From a virus (lineage: Duplodnaviria; Caudoviricetes), in the IMG/VR virus record IMGVR_UViG_3300043960_000133, positions 1 to 64,000 of that record: a stretch of DNA of 64,000 nt; one strand, given 5' to 3'. Positions 9,161 to 18,912 of this stretch are shown in pieces (position 1 is the stretch's first letter; each line of letters opens with the position of its first letter). Position numbers and translations under genes: made by a program. The notes under the pieces were generated by a model, which saw only the letters and a list, made by a program, of their open reading frames with translations, ran no database searches and was not told where the DNA came from.

Positions 9161-10339
9161 TCAGCGTTCCATGAGTTCGGCAAATTTTTCCGCCGCCCGG
9201 CGTTTCATCCGTTTGGTCACGTGCAGATATATTTTTCGAGTGGTGGTATCGTCAGAGTGGCCCAGGCGCTCCATAATATCCACCAGGTCAACGCCCGCCT
9301 CGGCCAAAAGCGATGCGTGGGTGTGTCTAAAAATATGAGGATGGACGCGACAAGGCAACGGCGGTTTTAATGCTGCCTGGATATGATCAATATGGTTTTG
9401 TACGCTTCTCTGGGTTATAGGATACCCAGGATGCAGCGGGGCCGTAAAAACAAACCCGGCACGGCTGCCTTCGGGATAGTGCCATAATTCCCCAAACGTA
9501 AACCGGCGCGACGTTGCCTCCAGGCGGTATTTTTTGAGTTCCGTGACTAGCGGGGTGGGCAATGATAAAATCCGTGCTGACGTCCGCGTTTTTGGCGGCA
9601 AAAGCTGGTAAGCGTCGTAACGGTTGCCAGGATTATACAGCGTTTTGGTGACTTTGAGCGTCGCGGCGTCCAGATCAATGTCCTCCCATGTCAGGGCAAG
9701 GGCTTCCCCAATGCGTAGGCCCGTATAGGCCAGCAGCATAAAAAGCGCGGTATAATCGCCATACTGGGTGTGCCGCCGGGATTCGTCCAGGAAACGTTGC
9801 AGATCAGCCTTTTCCAGGTATTGCGGTACGTCCGCCTCTGGGTCAATGATTTTCCGGGACGGGCGGGGCGGCGATGCAAACTCCGTGGGATCGTTGTATA
9901 TCAGCTCAAATTCCCGGGCCTTTTTAAAAATCATTTTTGCCGTTGCATGGACGCCGCAGATCGTGTTGGGCTGCAACTTGTCTTTGAGGTCAAGTAAAAA
10001 CATCTGGTAATCCCGTTTGGTTATCTGCTGCAAAGGGATTTTTGCAAAATAACGATTTAACCAGGCTAGATTATGCTCCCGTATCCTGACCGTTGAGATC
10101 TTTACCTGCTGGCTGTAGATTTTTAACCAGTCGGCGGCAAAGGCTTCAAAAGTAATCGCGGATCCGGGTACATACTGCTGCTTCTTGACCGATTCCTGGA
10201 TTTCCCGTAACGCCGCCTCCGCGTCTTTGCGGCGCTGGAAGCCGAACCGGGATACGCGCTTGCGCTTTCCCGTTGCCGGATCAAGGCCAATGACGGTGCG
10301 GAAGCCCCAGGTGCCATTGGGCGAATGGATGATTTCCAT
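9161..10339 (-). CDS. int: Tyrosine integrase
   Basis: N-terminal arm-binding GKRKRVSRFGF, LAYTGLRIGEALAL, HPHIFRHTHAS, ERLGH, catalytic Y in TRKIYLHV. Confidence 0.95.
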   Translation of the reverse strand: MEIIHSPNGTWGFRTVIGLDPATGKRKRVSRFGFQRRKDAEAALREIQESVKKQQYVPGSAITFEAFAADWLKIYSQQVKISTVRIREHNLAWLNRYFAKIPLQQITKRDYQMFLLDLKDKLQPNTICGVHATAKMIFKKAREFELIYNDPTEFASPPRPSRKIIDPEADVPQYLEKADLQRFLDESRRHTQYGDYTALFMLLAYTGLRIGEALALTWEDIDLDAATLKVTKTLYNPGNRYDAYQLLPPKTRTSARILSLPTPLVTELKKYRLEATSRRFTFGELWHYPEGSRAGFVFTAPLHPGYPITQRSVQNHIDHIQAALKPPLPCRVHPHIFRHTHASLLAEAGVDLVDIMERLGHSDDTTTRKIYLHVTKRMKRRAAEKFAELMER

Positions 10340-10341
10340 AG

Positions 10342-10983
10342 TTAGTCCTTTTCTAACTCGTTCCCGTCAATTTCCACTTTAGTCATTGTTCCGTTTTGCT
10401 TAAAGTCAAACGAAGCACTAAAAGGGGTACGGATCATAGCACCAAAAGAATTCTGAGCGTCAACAAAGCCAGATACGATCCCGACGCCGTGAATCTTTCT
10501 GAACTTAAAATTGCTAAATTTTGCGGTAGAAGGTGCTTTCAAGTTGGCTTTTACTACCTTTTCAACTTGCTTTTGCATATGTTGCATTTCTCTCTCGGAT
10601 GGGATATTATCCGTTATTTTTTCAAGCACCTTTCCTTCTTCATACAATGTTACACCTGAATACATTACGGAATGGACTGTGGAATTTGGATTCAACCATA
10701 ATCCATAGCTGTACCCTTTCCCGTCCGTAGAGAAGCTATAATATTTTCTTCCGTTTGGGTCCGCTCTGTCCGTTACTTTCCACGCCTTTATTTTCTCCGG
10801 ATCTATTTCTGTTGATTTTAACGCTGCCGTTATACCGTCTAACTGTTTCTGGTTTTTAAGTTGCATTATTTTGGTAATCTTATTGTTCTCAAAAGCATAT
10901 TTTCCTCCAGACGGCGATGTGGTATACACGCCTAAAATGATTAGGAGTCCAATTCCTGCAATAGCAACTTTCTTCTTACTCAT
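10342..10983 (-). CDS. Membrane-anchored lysogeny-module protein (superinfection-exclusion candidate)
   Basis: N-terminal basic+hydrophobic anchor; C-terminal LKAPSTAKF...GFVDAQNSFGAMIR; AT-rich; between cI and int. Confidence 0.6.
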   Translation of the reverse strand: MSKKKVAIAGIGLLIILGVYTTSPSGGKYAFENNKITKIMQLKNQKQLDGITAALKSTEIDPEKIKAWKVTDRADPNGRKYYSFSTDGKGYSYGLWLNPNSTVHSVMYSGVTLYEEGKVLEKITDNIPSEREMQHMQKQVEKVVKANLKAPSTAKFSNFKFRKIHGVGIVSGFVDAQNSFGAMIRTPFSASFDFKQNGTMTKVEIDGNELEKD

Positions 10984-10997
10984 AATAATATCCTCCT

Positions 10998-11609
10998 TTA
11001 CTTAATAACAGATTGTTTTAGCACGGCAAGGCCTAAACAGCGGAAATCCCTGCAATTATCAGAGTTAAAAACCATGGGCGCATATTTTGGGTTTTCTGAT
11101 ACCAGCATGACGCCGGTATCAGTTTTGTAAAATCGTTTTAAACATACACGTTCGCCGTCGATTTCAAAACAGCCAATCTGCCCGACCTCTACTTCCGGCT
11201 GCTGTTTAATAAAAACAATGTCGCCATCGTTGATACCGGCGTTGACCATAGAATCGCCGGATACCGTAATGCAAAAATCTACTTTATAACGATTATCCAC
11301 ATCATAATACGGCGTATCCTGGTTAATATCTTCCAGCGGTGCGCCCGCTGCTGCATACCCCAACATGGGAACGCGTTTAAAATTAACAGACGTCAGGCCC
11401 GCCTGCATGGGTACGTCTAATCCCATTAACCAGGCCGGGTTTACGTTTAACGCTTTAGCCATTAAATATATTTTGTCTTGCTTAGGCACTACTTTTCCGT
11501 GATAATACTGAGCAATACCAGATGTACCTATTCCGGTCAATCTAGACAACTCTGCTTGTGTCATATCGCGGATTTCAAGTGCTTTCTTTAATCGTTCCGC
11601 AGTGCTCAT
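10998..11609 (-). CDS. cI: CI-like repressor (XRE HTH + S24 peptidase)
   Basis: RLKKALEIRDMTQAELSRLTGI HTH; AAG cleavage site; catalytic GDSM and K in CLKRF. Confidence 0.92.
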   Translation of the reverse strand: MSTAERLKKALEIRDMTQAELSRLTGIGTSGIAQYYHGKVVPKQDKIYLMAKALNVNPAWLMGLDVPMQAGLTSVNFKRVPMLGYAAAGAPLEDINQDTPYYDVDNRYKVDFCITVSGDSMVNAGINDGDIVFIKQQPEVEVGQIGCFEIDGERVCLKRFYKTDTGVMLVSENPKYAPMVFNSDNCRDFRCLGLAVLKQSVIK

Positions 11610-11632
11610 TCCTTCACCTTCTTTCCTTAGTA

Positions 11633-11731
11633 TTATACAATTTCTTGAGCAAAAGTTCAAGAAATTTAAATTTATCTATTGATTTTTTGAGTAAAAAGTC
11701 GTATTATTAAGTTGCTCAAGAAATTGAGTAA
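11633..11731. promoter_or_regulatory. cI/cro switch with two 20-bp operators
   Basis: TTGCTCAAGAAATTGTATAA (minus, 11633-11652) and TTGCTCAAGAAATTGAGTAA (11712-11731) in divergent intergenic region. Confidence 0.65.
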
Positions 11732-11737
11732 AAGGAG

Positions 11738-11974
11738 GTGATGATGATGAGATTCAGTTATAAAAAACTGAAAGGGAAAATCAAGGAAATTTTTGGAACG
11801 CAAGAAAAATTCGCCGCGGCCATGGGTATGAGCCAGCGCACGGTGTCTTTAAAGCTAAATAACGCCGTAGCGTGGAGCCAACCGGAAATTTTATTAGCAA
11901 GTAAATTGTTGAGAATTTCCGTTGCTGAAATCCCGGTTTATTTTTTTACCGTCGTTACTCAAGAAATTGCGTAA
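11738..11974 (+). CDS. cro: Cro-like HTH protein (DUF739-like)
   Basis: FSYKKLKGKIKEIFGTQEKFAAAMGMS...SLKLNN...YFF; divergent from cI. Confidence 0.85.
   Translation: MMMMRFSYKKLKGKIKEIFGTQEKFAAAMGMSQRTVSLKLNNAVAWSQPEILLASKLLRISVAEIPVYFFTVVTQEIA
11955..11974 (+). promoter_or_regulatory. Third operator copy inside the last codons of cro
   Basis: TTACTCAAGAAATTGCGTAA ending at the cro stop codon. Confidence 0.55.
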
Positions 11975-11994
11975 AACTCAAGGGAGGGAACCAT

Positions 11995-12159
11995 ATGAAA
12001 CGAGACTACACGTTGCCGGAAATCCTATTAACGCCGATACTGGCCCCCATTGCCGATTTTATGGACTGGCCAGCTTTTGCCAAGGGGATGATGGCGGGGG
12101 CAGCTACGACCATCGCGGTGCTTATTATCATCGCCGGTGCGCTGTGTGCAAAGCCATGA
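11995..12159 (+). CDS. 54-aa hypothetical membrane protein (not in ORF track)
   Basis: SD GGGAGGG; MKRDYTLPEILL...TIAVLIIIAGALCAKP; ATGA overlap with next gene. Confidence 0.5.
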   Translation: MKRDYTLPEILLTPILAPIADFMDWPAFAKGMMAGAATTIAVLIIIAGALCAKP

Positions 12160-12356
12160 GCCGGGAAATGTGGAGAGTTGTCAGACGCAACCTAGGCGGT
12201 GCCTGGGCCGTCCAGAAAAAAATCTACATCGACGGTTTGCCAGTTTGGGCAACGTTAACAACAGACCCCAAGTGGTCATTTTGCGAATACCGGCAAAGCG
12301 ACTGGGCAAAGGCGCGGGAAATCTGCGACGAACTGAATGAAAGGGAGAAAAGCTGA
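12156..12356 (+). CDS. Hypothetical early protein
   Basis: ATGA-coupled start; C-terminal part of track ORF 11922-12356. Confidence 0.5.
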   Translation: MSREMWRVVRRNLGGAWAVQKKIYIDGLPVWATLTTDPKWSFCEYRQSDWAKAREICDELNEREKS

Positions 12357-12595
12357 TGCAGTTTTTAGACAAAGCGACCGGAACGGTTTACCTGGTTTGG
12401 TCAAAGAAAAACAAGGTGGGACATGAAATGTACCGTGTCCATTGCCGTAAAGATTCCCGCCTGCGGGTTTATCCTGGAACATCCTGGCAATGGTACGAAT
12501 TGGATGCCCTGGACGACTTGAAAAGGCTGGCCAGCGCGAGCGGATGGGTGAAGGATTCCGTTAAAGAAAGAGAGGAAATGGAAAATGGAAATTGA
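12356..12595 (+). CDS. Hypothetical early protein
   Basis: TGATG coupling; SD GGGAG. Confidence 0.55.
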   Translation: MQFLDKATGTVYLVWSKKNKVGHEMYRVHCRKDSRLRVYPGTSWQWYELDALDDLKRLASASGWVKDSVKEREEMENGN

Positions 12596-12935
12596 AGGGG
12601 AAATCAAGCTGGGAAATAAAGTTATGGAAATACGAGCCCTTGATTTAACAGCCAGCGCATTGCATGACGCCGGATTTAAACAAGCGTTGATTTTTGCAAC
12701 GCGACTTGGACGCGCGGACGACACGGAAAAGATTGATAAAAACGACCCGAAAGAGCTTGAAAAATACGGTCTCCGCGTCTTCCAGGCCATGGATACCATT
12801 ACCATGCTGGCTTCCGTAGGTTCCCATATCGAACGATTGATAAAGGAACATCCTGAGGAAAGGGACAAAGTAGCACATTTTGTTATAAAGCTGGCAGAAG
12901 CCGTTCTGGACGACGACCTGGAAACCATGAATTAA
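12585..12935 (+). CDS. Hypothetical early protein
   Basis: SD GAGG; overlaps previous gene. Confidence 0.55.
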   Translation: MEIEGEIKLGNKVMEIRALDLTASALHDAGFKQALIFATRLGRADDTEKIDKNDPKELEKYGLRVFQAMDTITMLASVGSHIERLIKEHPEERDKVAHFVIKLAEAVLDDDLETMN

Positions 12936-12948
12936 AGGCGGTGATTTT

Positions 12949-13218
12949 ATGGAAACCATTGACGCCCGCGTTGCCGTCCTAGAACAGCGGGTGAAGGACC
13001 TGGAAGCACAGCTCCGCGGGCCAGCGTTTGGCGCGGTGCTGCCGTCTGTCCTAGATATTGAATCCATTATGAACGCCCTGGATTGCAGCGAGTACCGGGC
13101 CAGGGAAATCATGAAATCCGGGAAGCTGAAGGTTTTCCGGATTGGTAAAAAATACCTTGCCACCCGAGAGCATTTTCTGGAATGGCTGGAGCAAGGAGGT
13201 GATGCTGGTGGACAATGA
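12949..13218 (+). CDS. xis: Excisionase-like HTH_17 protein
   Basis: LDIESIMNALDCSEYRAREIMKSGKLKVFRIGKKYLATREHFLEWL. Confidence 0.7.
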   Translation: METIDARVAVLEQRVKDLEAQLRGPAFGAVLPSVLDIESIMNALDCSEYRAREIMKSGKLKVFRIGKKYLATREHFLEWLEQGGDAGGQ

Positions 13219-13681
13219 AATGGCGAACAATTTCCGGGACTGGGTGCGGTACATCAGGATAACGAGGCGTTTTACAGCAACGGAAGTAGCCAGGCAAGCA
13301 GACCACGACGCAAGCTGGTTGATACGATGGGAAAAGCTGCCCCAGGCTACCATCCTGGAACCGTGGCAATACTTAAAAATCCGTGACTACATCGCGCCCG
13401 GCGTGCCCATGCGCAGCCTGGTTAAAACGGCACCCATGCGATTGCCGTTCTTATCCCGAGAACAGCGCAAGGAAGCGGCGAAAATTCTTGAGCGCGTCCG
13501 GATTGCTAGATGTGTCGCAAATTTTACTCTGTCAACAAAAATCGGTTTAGGTGCAAGCTCATGGGCGTATCTGCTTAGCACAGGCGGAGCGCCTGCTGAA
13601 TCTACTATTTATCTGGCCTGCAAGGTTTTAAATCTGGATTATAAAGAGCTGTTAAAGGAGGTTGGAGTTGATGAACCTTAA
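13202..13681 (+). CDS. Tandem XRE-like HTH protein
   Basis: Two HTH-like segments (TATEVARQAD...LIRWE; LSTKIGLG...IYLACKVLNL); SD GGAGG. Confidence 0.5.
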   Translation: MLVDNEMANNFRDWVRYIRITRRFTATEVARQADHDASWLIRWEKLPQATILEPWQYLKIRDYIAPGVPMRSLVKTAPMRLPFLSREQRKEAAKILERVRIARCVANFTLSTKIGLGASSWAYLLSTGGAPAESTIYLACKVLNLDYKELLKEVGVDEP

Positions 13682-13818
13682 GAGTGCAGCCGTTGAGCTG
13701 CTGTTACACACGCGCGAAACGCGGTTTGAGGACCTGAAAGAGGTGCCGACGGCCTACGTGGAAAACCTGAAAAAAGCCCTGGCTGAGGAAGTCAGCGAAC
13801 AGAAAGAGGTGAAAGAAG

Positions 13819-14352
13819 ATGCTTGAATCTGACTACCTGGATTTTACCGCCCCCGTACCGGCTGAAAATCGGGAGCACTGGAAGCCGGAAAACGACGACC
13901 AGGCGAACTGGTGCCTGGAAAAAATTTCCGAGGCAAAAATGGAGATCATGGACGCCCGGGCGTTTTACGAGGCAAAGAAGCGGCAGCTGGACCAATGGCT
14001 GGCAAACACCATTGCGCCGTACAACCGGGACTATGAACATTTCGAAGCCCTGCTGGCCGGGTATGCAGAGGAAGCCCTGGCCGGAAAGAAAAAACGGACC
14101 ATTTCCTTGCCCGGCGGAAAATTTGGGTTCCGGAAGGTACCGGCGAAAATCGACCGTGACGAAACCGCCCTGCTGGAATTTGCCGAAACCAGTGCGCCGG
14201 AATACGTAAAGGTGAAAAAGTCTGTTGATTGGGCGGCTTTAAAAAAGACCTGCAAGGCGGATGGGGATCATATGGTCACGGCGGACGGGGAAATCGTTCC
14301 TGGCGTGACCGTGACCGAACAAGCGGACAAGTTTATTTGTGAGGTGGTTTAA
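13819..14352 (+). CDS. gam: Mu Gam-like host-nuclease inhibitor
   Basis: Coiled coil then KKRTISLPGGKFGFRK...YVKVKKSVDWAALKK. Confidence 0.75.
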   Translation: MLESDYLDFTAPVPAENREHWKPENDDQANWCLEKISEAKMEIMDARAFYEAKKRQLDQWLANTIAPYNRDYEHFEALLAGYAEEALAGKKKRTISLPGGKFGFRKVPAKIDRDETALLEFAETSAPEYVKVKKSVDWAALKKTCKADGDHMVTADGEIVPGVTVTEQADKFICEVV

Positions 14353-15006
14353 ATGGGTATGCCTGTTTTAATTTTGGGGGCAAGCGGCAGCGGGAAATCC
14401 GCCAGCCTGAGAAATTTTGAACCTGATGAAATCGGGATTTTTAACGTTGCAGGTAAACCGCTGCCGTTCCGGAAACGGCTGCCGATGTTTAACAACGCGG
14501 GTTATAAAGAAATCGAAGCCGCGTTGAAGCGCCCGAAACTGAGAACCTACGTTATCGAGGATTCCCAGTATCTTATGGCCTTTTTCCTTTTTGACCATGT
14601 GAAAGATATGGGATACGGCAAATTTACGCAATGCGCCGTTGATTTCCGGAACCTGATTGATTTCATTGTCCGCGAGACGCCGCCGGATGTGATCGTCTAC
14701 CTGCTGCACCATACAGAGCGAGACGACAACGGGTTTATCAAGGCCAAAACGTCCGGCAAGATGCTGGACAATCAGCTGACGGTGGAGGGGCTGTTTTCCA
14801 TCGTGCTGCTGGCCGAAACAGACGGTAAAAACCATTGGTTTACCACCCAGAGCGACGGGTTCACACCGGCGAAGTCCCCCATGGGGCTGTTTCCTGAAAA
14901 GATCGAGAACGACCTGAAAAAGGTGGACACGGAAATCCGCGAGTATTACGAAATGAAACCGATTAAGGATGAAGTGAAAGGAGAACCAGAAAATGCAAAA
15001 GGTTGA
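14353..15006 (+). CDS. AAA_24 / Sak4-like ATPase (recombination)
   Basis: Walker A GASGSGKS, VIEDSQYL; followed by SSB-like gene. Confidence 0.75.
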   Translation: MGMPVLILGASGSGKSASLRNFEPDEIGIFNVAGKPLPFRKRLPMFNNAGYKEIEAALKRPKLRTYVIEDSQYLMAFFLFDHVKDMGYGKFTQCAVDFRNLIDFIVRETPPDVIVYLLHHTERDDNGFIKAKTSGKMLDNQLTVEGLFSIVLLAETDGKNHWFTTQSDGFTPAKSPMGLFPEKIENDLKKVDTEIREYYEMKPIKDEVKGEPENAKG

Positions 15007-15568
15007 TTGGAATAACGTGAATGAATCCACGAACGGGGGCAATCGCCCGCCCGTTGGCGGCTACGTGCTGACCATCATCAACGCCACGGAAAAACCGGAA
15101 AAACAGTATTTCCAAATCGAATGGGACTACAACGAGGGCGAATGGGCCGGGCATAATCGTAAGATCGCAACGGAAAACAATTGGGGATTGCCGCGGTTGT
15201 TCCGGAGCTACAAGCCCGCCGCCCTGGGGATGCTGAAACACTTCCTGATCGCATTGGAAAAATCCAACCGCGGCTGGACCATGGACCGGTGGAACAGTTT
15301 GCCAGACGCGCAGCAGGCACCTGCCCTGAACGGCTTGATTTTCGGGGCGGTGATCGGGGAAGAGGAGTACATCAATAAAGACGGTAAACTCAAAGTGCGG
15401 CAATACATCGCTGATACGTTGCCCGCAGCTGATATTCGTGCCGGGAAATTTGAGGTTCCAGCCCTGAAAAAGCTGAAAGGAAACGACAGCAGAACACCCG
15501 CCTCCGCTGCTGAAATCCCGGCAACAACCGCCCCCGTCGAGACGGGCGTTGAAGAATGTCCGTTTTAA
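14993..15568 (+). CDS. Probable phage ssDNA-binding protein
   Basis: PPVGGYVLTII...GAVIGEEEY, short acidic tail ending CPF; context. Confidence 0.6.
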   Translation: MQKVDWNNVNESTNGGNRPPVGGYVLTIINATEKPEKQYFQIEWDYNEGEWAGHNRKIATENNWGLPRLFRSYKPAALGMLKHFLIALEKSNRGWTMDRWNSLPDAQQAPALNGLIFGAVIGEEEYINKDGKLKVRQYIADTLPAADIRAGKFEVPALKKLKGNDSRTPASAAEIPATTAPVETGVEECPF

Positions 15569-18144
15569 GCTATGAGGAAATCCTAGGGAAATTAAACAAC
15601 GTCCATAAACGCGGCGGCGCCCTGGTTGCGCAGTGCCCAGTGTGCGGTGACGAAGACCATCTGTACATCAACCGGGACGGGGATAAAACGCTGGCATTTT
15701 GTCATAAATGCCACGCGTCCCTCCCGGCGGTGTTAAAGGCCCTGGATGTGGGCGGGGAACCGCCTGCACCCATTGTGCCGTCAAAGCCAAAGGACCACGG
15801 GCGGCGGGTGGAACGTATTGTTTACACCTACCGGGACCCGGACGGAAAAGAAGCATATTGCAAAATCCGGGAAAAATTCGCGGATGGGCATAAAAATTTT
15901 AGTTTTTTATATACCGGGCCGGACGGAACGGTTGTTTATAAAAAGCCAAAACCCTGCAATAACCTGTACAATCTGGACAGGCTGACGGCGGCAAAGAAAA
16001 CCGAAACTCTGTACATTGTGGAGGGCGAGAAATGCGCCGATGCAATGACCAACGCTGGATTCCTTGCCACCAGCACCAACACAGGGGCAGAAAGTCCGAA
16101 TTTATCAGAAATGGACCGTAAGGCCGTCGAGAAATTTGCCAGGAAGGTTGTTATCCCGGACAACGACGGGCCGGGGGCTGAGTATGGCAAAGCGTGGGAA
16201 GCGCGCGGGGCAAAGGTCCTGCCGTTGCCGGAAATCTGGCCGGAGTGCCCGGTGAAAGGCGACGTTGCCGATTACCTGGAACGCGGGGGCGACCCGGAAA
16301 AAATCCGCGGGTATAAATTCCCAACGGTGGAGTTTTCCGAGGACTATTTCCAAAGCCTGGATCGTGCGGACCTGATTTCTGAGGATTTCCTTTTAAAACT
16401 GATTCAGATTGACGACCCGGTGCAGCAGCAGCGGGCGGAGAGCCTGGCCACGTTCCGGGCGTCCGATCTATCCATCAAGCGTGAGTTTTGCAAAAACCTG
16501 CAAGCGGCCAGAATCAAGCTGGCACAGGAGCGCAAGGGAAACGAAAACGTTACCAATTTTACCGGACAACCGTTGGCGTTGCGGTGTGGTGACTGGATCG
16601 CGGATGATGAAGGTATCCGGCGCATGACCGCAAAGGGCAACAACGGAGATTTTACCTATCAGTGGGCCTCCAGAATCCCCACGCTGCCTACGGGCATTTT
16701 GGTAAACGCGGAAACGGGCGAGGAGCGTATCCGTCTTGATTTTTATAAGGCCGGGAAGTGGTCCAGCGTCACGGCCGACAGGTCAGATGTGGCCAATAAA
16801 AACCGTATCGTCAACCTGGCAAATAATGGCCTGGAGGTCACGACGGACAACGCACAGTATCTGGTTAAATATATCAGCGAGTGTGTAACAGAAAACCCGG
16901 CGGATATGCCACGAGAGACGTTTATCGACCATTTCGGCTGGACTGAGGACGGCGGTTTTGCCCCGTATATGGACGGACTGATCATCGACGCCGGACCGAC
17001 CGGCGATGCCCTGGTTAATGCAATCACACAGAAGGGCACACTGGACGAATGGCTCAAGATCGTGCGACCGTTGATGGACAACATTTACCTGCGTTTGACC
17101 GTTGCCGCGAGCCTGGCCGCGCCCCTGCTGGAAATCATCAAAGGGCTTCCCTACGTATTTCATCTATGGGGCGGCACCGGCAGCGGAAAAACGGTTGGTA
17201 TCATGGTGGCAGCCAGCGTGTGGGGAAACCCGCAATTCGGCGCGATGGTCCGGACCATGAACATGACGGACAACGCCCTAGTAGGCATTGCGTCCACGTT
17301 GCGAAACATCCCGTTTTTCGGCGACGAACTACAGACCATCAAAGACCGTTTTAACGGCTATGACCGCCTGTTATACCGTATCACGGAAAAAACGGGCCGG
17401 GCGCGCATGACCGCCGACCGGCGGGTGGAGAAGCCGGAAACCTGGAACACTGGATTTATTTTTACCGGTGAAGAACCCGTGACCGGCGAAAATTCCGGTG
17501 GCGGCGTAAAAAACCGCGTGATTGAGATCGAATGCGACGGGCCGGTGGTTGAGCATGGTAACCAGGTTGTACGGGCAATCAATGAGCATTACGGGACGTT
17601 AGGCCCGGAATACATCAAGAAAGCCCTGCGGGTTGACGTCCGCGCTGCCTACGACATGACGTTCCAGGAGCTGATGAAAACCGGAACGACGGACAAACAG
17701 GCAATGACCATGGCGCTGCTGATGGTAGCAGATGATATTTTCCGGATTTACTTTTTAAATTCGGAAATCCCTGGGCTGACGGTTAAAGACGTTGCTCCGT
17801 TCCTCTTGAGTAAAAAGCAGGTTGATATTTCAGAGCGTGCCTATAGCGCGGTGATTGACTGGATCGCCGAAAATGCGGACAAATTTTACGTTGCCCACGA
17901 GGACGATGCGGAACACCGGGACTGCGACGGCCGTATCTGGGGTGGACGGACTGGAAACGAGGTGAGTATTAACAGATCCGTGCTAATGCGTTTTATGGCC
18001 GACGAAGGATTTAATTTTACCGCGGTTAAGAAAAAATGGGCAGCAACGGGGAAAATCGTTGCAAGGCCAGACGGGAGGGTGCTATGGACTAAATCAATTT
18101 GCGGCGTTAAATCGTCGTACGTGGTTTTGGTGACTGGCAAGTAG
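15556..18144 (+). CDS. Zn-finger/TOPRIM primase fused to DUF927-type helicase
   Basis: CPVC...CHKC zinc finger; TOPRIM IVEGEKCAD, IPDNDGPG; Walker A GGTGSGKT; FGDELQ. Confidence 0.85.
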   Translation: MSVLSYEEILGKLNNVHKRGGALVAQCPVCGDEDHLYINRDGDKTLAFCHKCHASLPAVLKALDVGGEPPAPIVPSKPKDHGRRVERIVYTYRDPDGKEAYCKIREKFADGHKNFSFLYTGPDGTVVYKKPKPCNNLYNLDRLTAAKKTETLYIVEGEKCADAMTNAGFLATSTNTGAESPNLSEMDRKAVEKFARKVVIPDNDGPGAEYGKAWEARGAKVLPLPEIWPECPVKGDVADYLERGGDPEKIRGYKFPTVEFSEDYFQSLDRADLISEDFLLKLIQIDDPVQQQRAESLATFRASDLSIKREFCKNLQAARIKLAQERKGNENVTNFTGQPLALRCGDWIADDEGIRRMTAKGNNGDFTYQWASRIPTLPTGILVNAETGEERIRLDFYKAGKWSSVTADRSDVANKNRIVNLANNGLEVTTDNAQYLVKYISECVTENPADMPRETFIDHFGWTEDGGFAPYMDGLIIDAGPTGDALVNAITQKGTLDEWLKIVRPLMDNIYLRLTVAASLAAPLLEIIKGLPYVFHLWGGTGSGKTVGIMVAASVWGNPQFGAMVRTMNMTDNALVGIASTLRNIPFFGDELQTIKDRFNGYDRLLYRITEKTGRARMTADRRVEKPETWNTGFIFTGEEPVTGENSGGGVKNRVIEIECDGPVVEHGNQVVRAINEHYGTLGPEYIKKALRVDVRAAYDMTFQELMKTGTTDKQAMTMALLMVADDIFRIYFLNSEIPGLTVKDVAPFLLSKKQVDISERAYSAVIDWIAENADKFYVAHEDDAEHRDCDGRIWGGRTGNEVSINRSVLMRFMADEGFNFTAVKKKWAATGKIVARPDGRVLWTKSICGVKSSYVVLVTGK

Positions 18145-18164
18145 TTGCGTGAAAATTCTGAAAG

Positions 18165-18439
18165 GGTAGAAATGGTAGAACAAGGGTAGAAATTTCAAAA
18201 CCCGGAAACCCGCACCACGCCTATATTATAATACTATTTCTACCATTCTACCATTTCTACCATATATATATAGATATATAGGGAAATTCCGTTTTTCCGG
18301 AAGTAAAGGCAATCCCGGATATATTTATATATTACGCTACCCCCTCTACGAAAAAAGGGTAGAACGGTAGAAAAGTGCCATAGAGCTAGGCAGGATGCGG
18401 GTTTGCGGTTCTACCGTGAGGGGGTGCAAAATGGTAGAA
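18165..18439. repeat. Candidate origin of inner phage: ten GGTAGAA/TTCTACC units around AT-rich cores
   Basis: Forward 18165, 18174, 18185, 18358, 18366, 18433; reverse 18238, 18246, 18255, 18409; directly after primase. Confidence 0.6.
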
Positions 18440-18660
18440 TTTTGGGAGAAACAAGAAAGTTGGTGTAAAAAGTGGACGAGATGCGCGAAATGCTGGACGC
18501 GGACGAAGAACGTATCGACGACCTGGAACAGCAAAACGAAGCGTTGCAGGACCGTATCGAGGAGCTGGAGTTTGAAAACCACAAGCTGGGGTCAACGCCA
18601 GGACAACAAGATTATCCTGGCGTTGACCCGGACGCTGCACAAGGAAAGGGAGGCGCGGGG

Positions 18661-18912
18661 ATGATTGACCAAAAGGCTTTATGCCACGCCAAAACTGCCA
18701 TACACTATGCGCAAAAAATCGCGCGTGGGCTGAATTGGAAACTAAAATACCGGCACGGGTACAACCTGAGATTAAATGACCCTGTGCAACGGCTTTTTGA
18801 TGCAGAAGATGAAATTGCTAATGCCATTGATCGTTTACGATTGGCGCGGTATCGCTTGCTGGGTGCTATAGAACAGGAGTTAAAAAATGAGCAAGGAAAC
18901 AGCGATAATTAA
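18661..18912 (+). CDS. Hypothetical protein (may start at GTG 18472)
   Basis: SD AAGGGAGG before ATG 18661. Confidence 0.45.
   Translation: MIDQKALCHAKTAIHYAQKIARGLNWKLKYRHGYNLRLNDPVQRLFDAEDEIANAIDRLRLARYRLLGAIEQELKNEQGNSDN

Noticed and set aside
11922-12356. Single 144-aa ORF
   Set aside because: Better explained as 11995-12159 plus 12156-12356 with proper SD and ATGA coupling
18472-18660. N-terminal coiled-coil extension from GTG 18472
   Set aside because: No convincing SD and it abuts the repeat field; a strong SD precedes ATG 18661, so left unresolved
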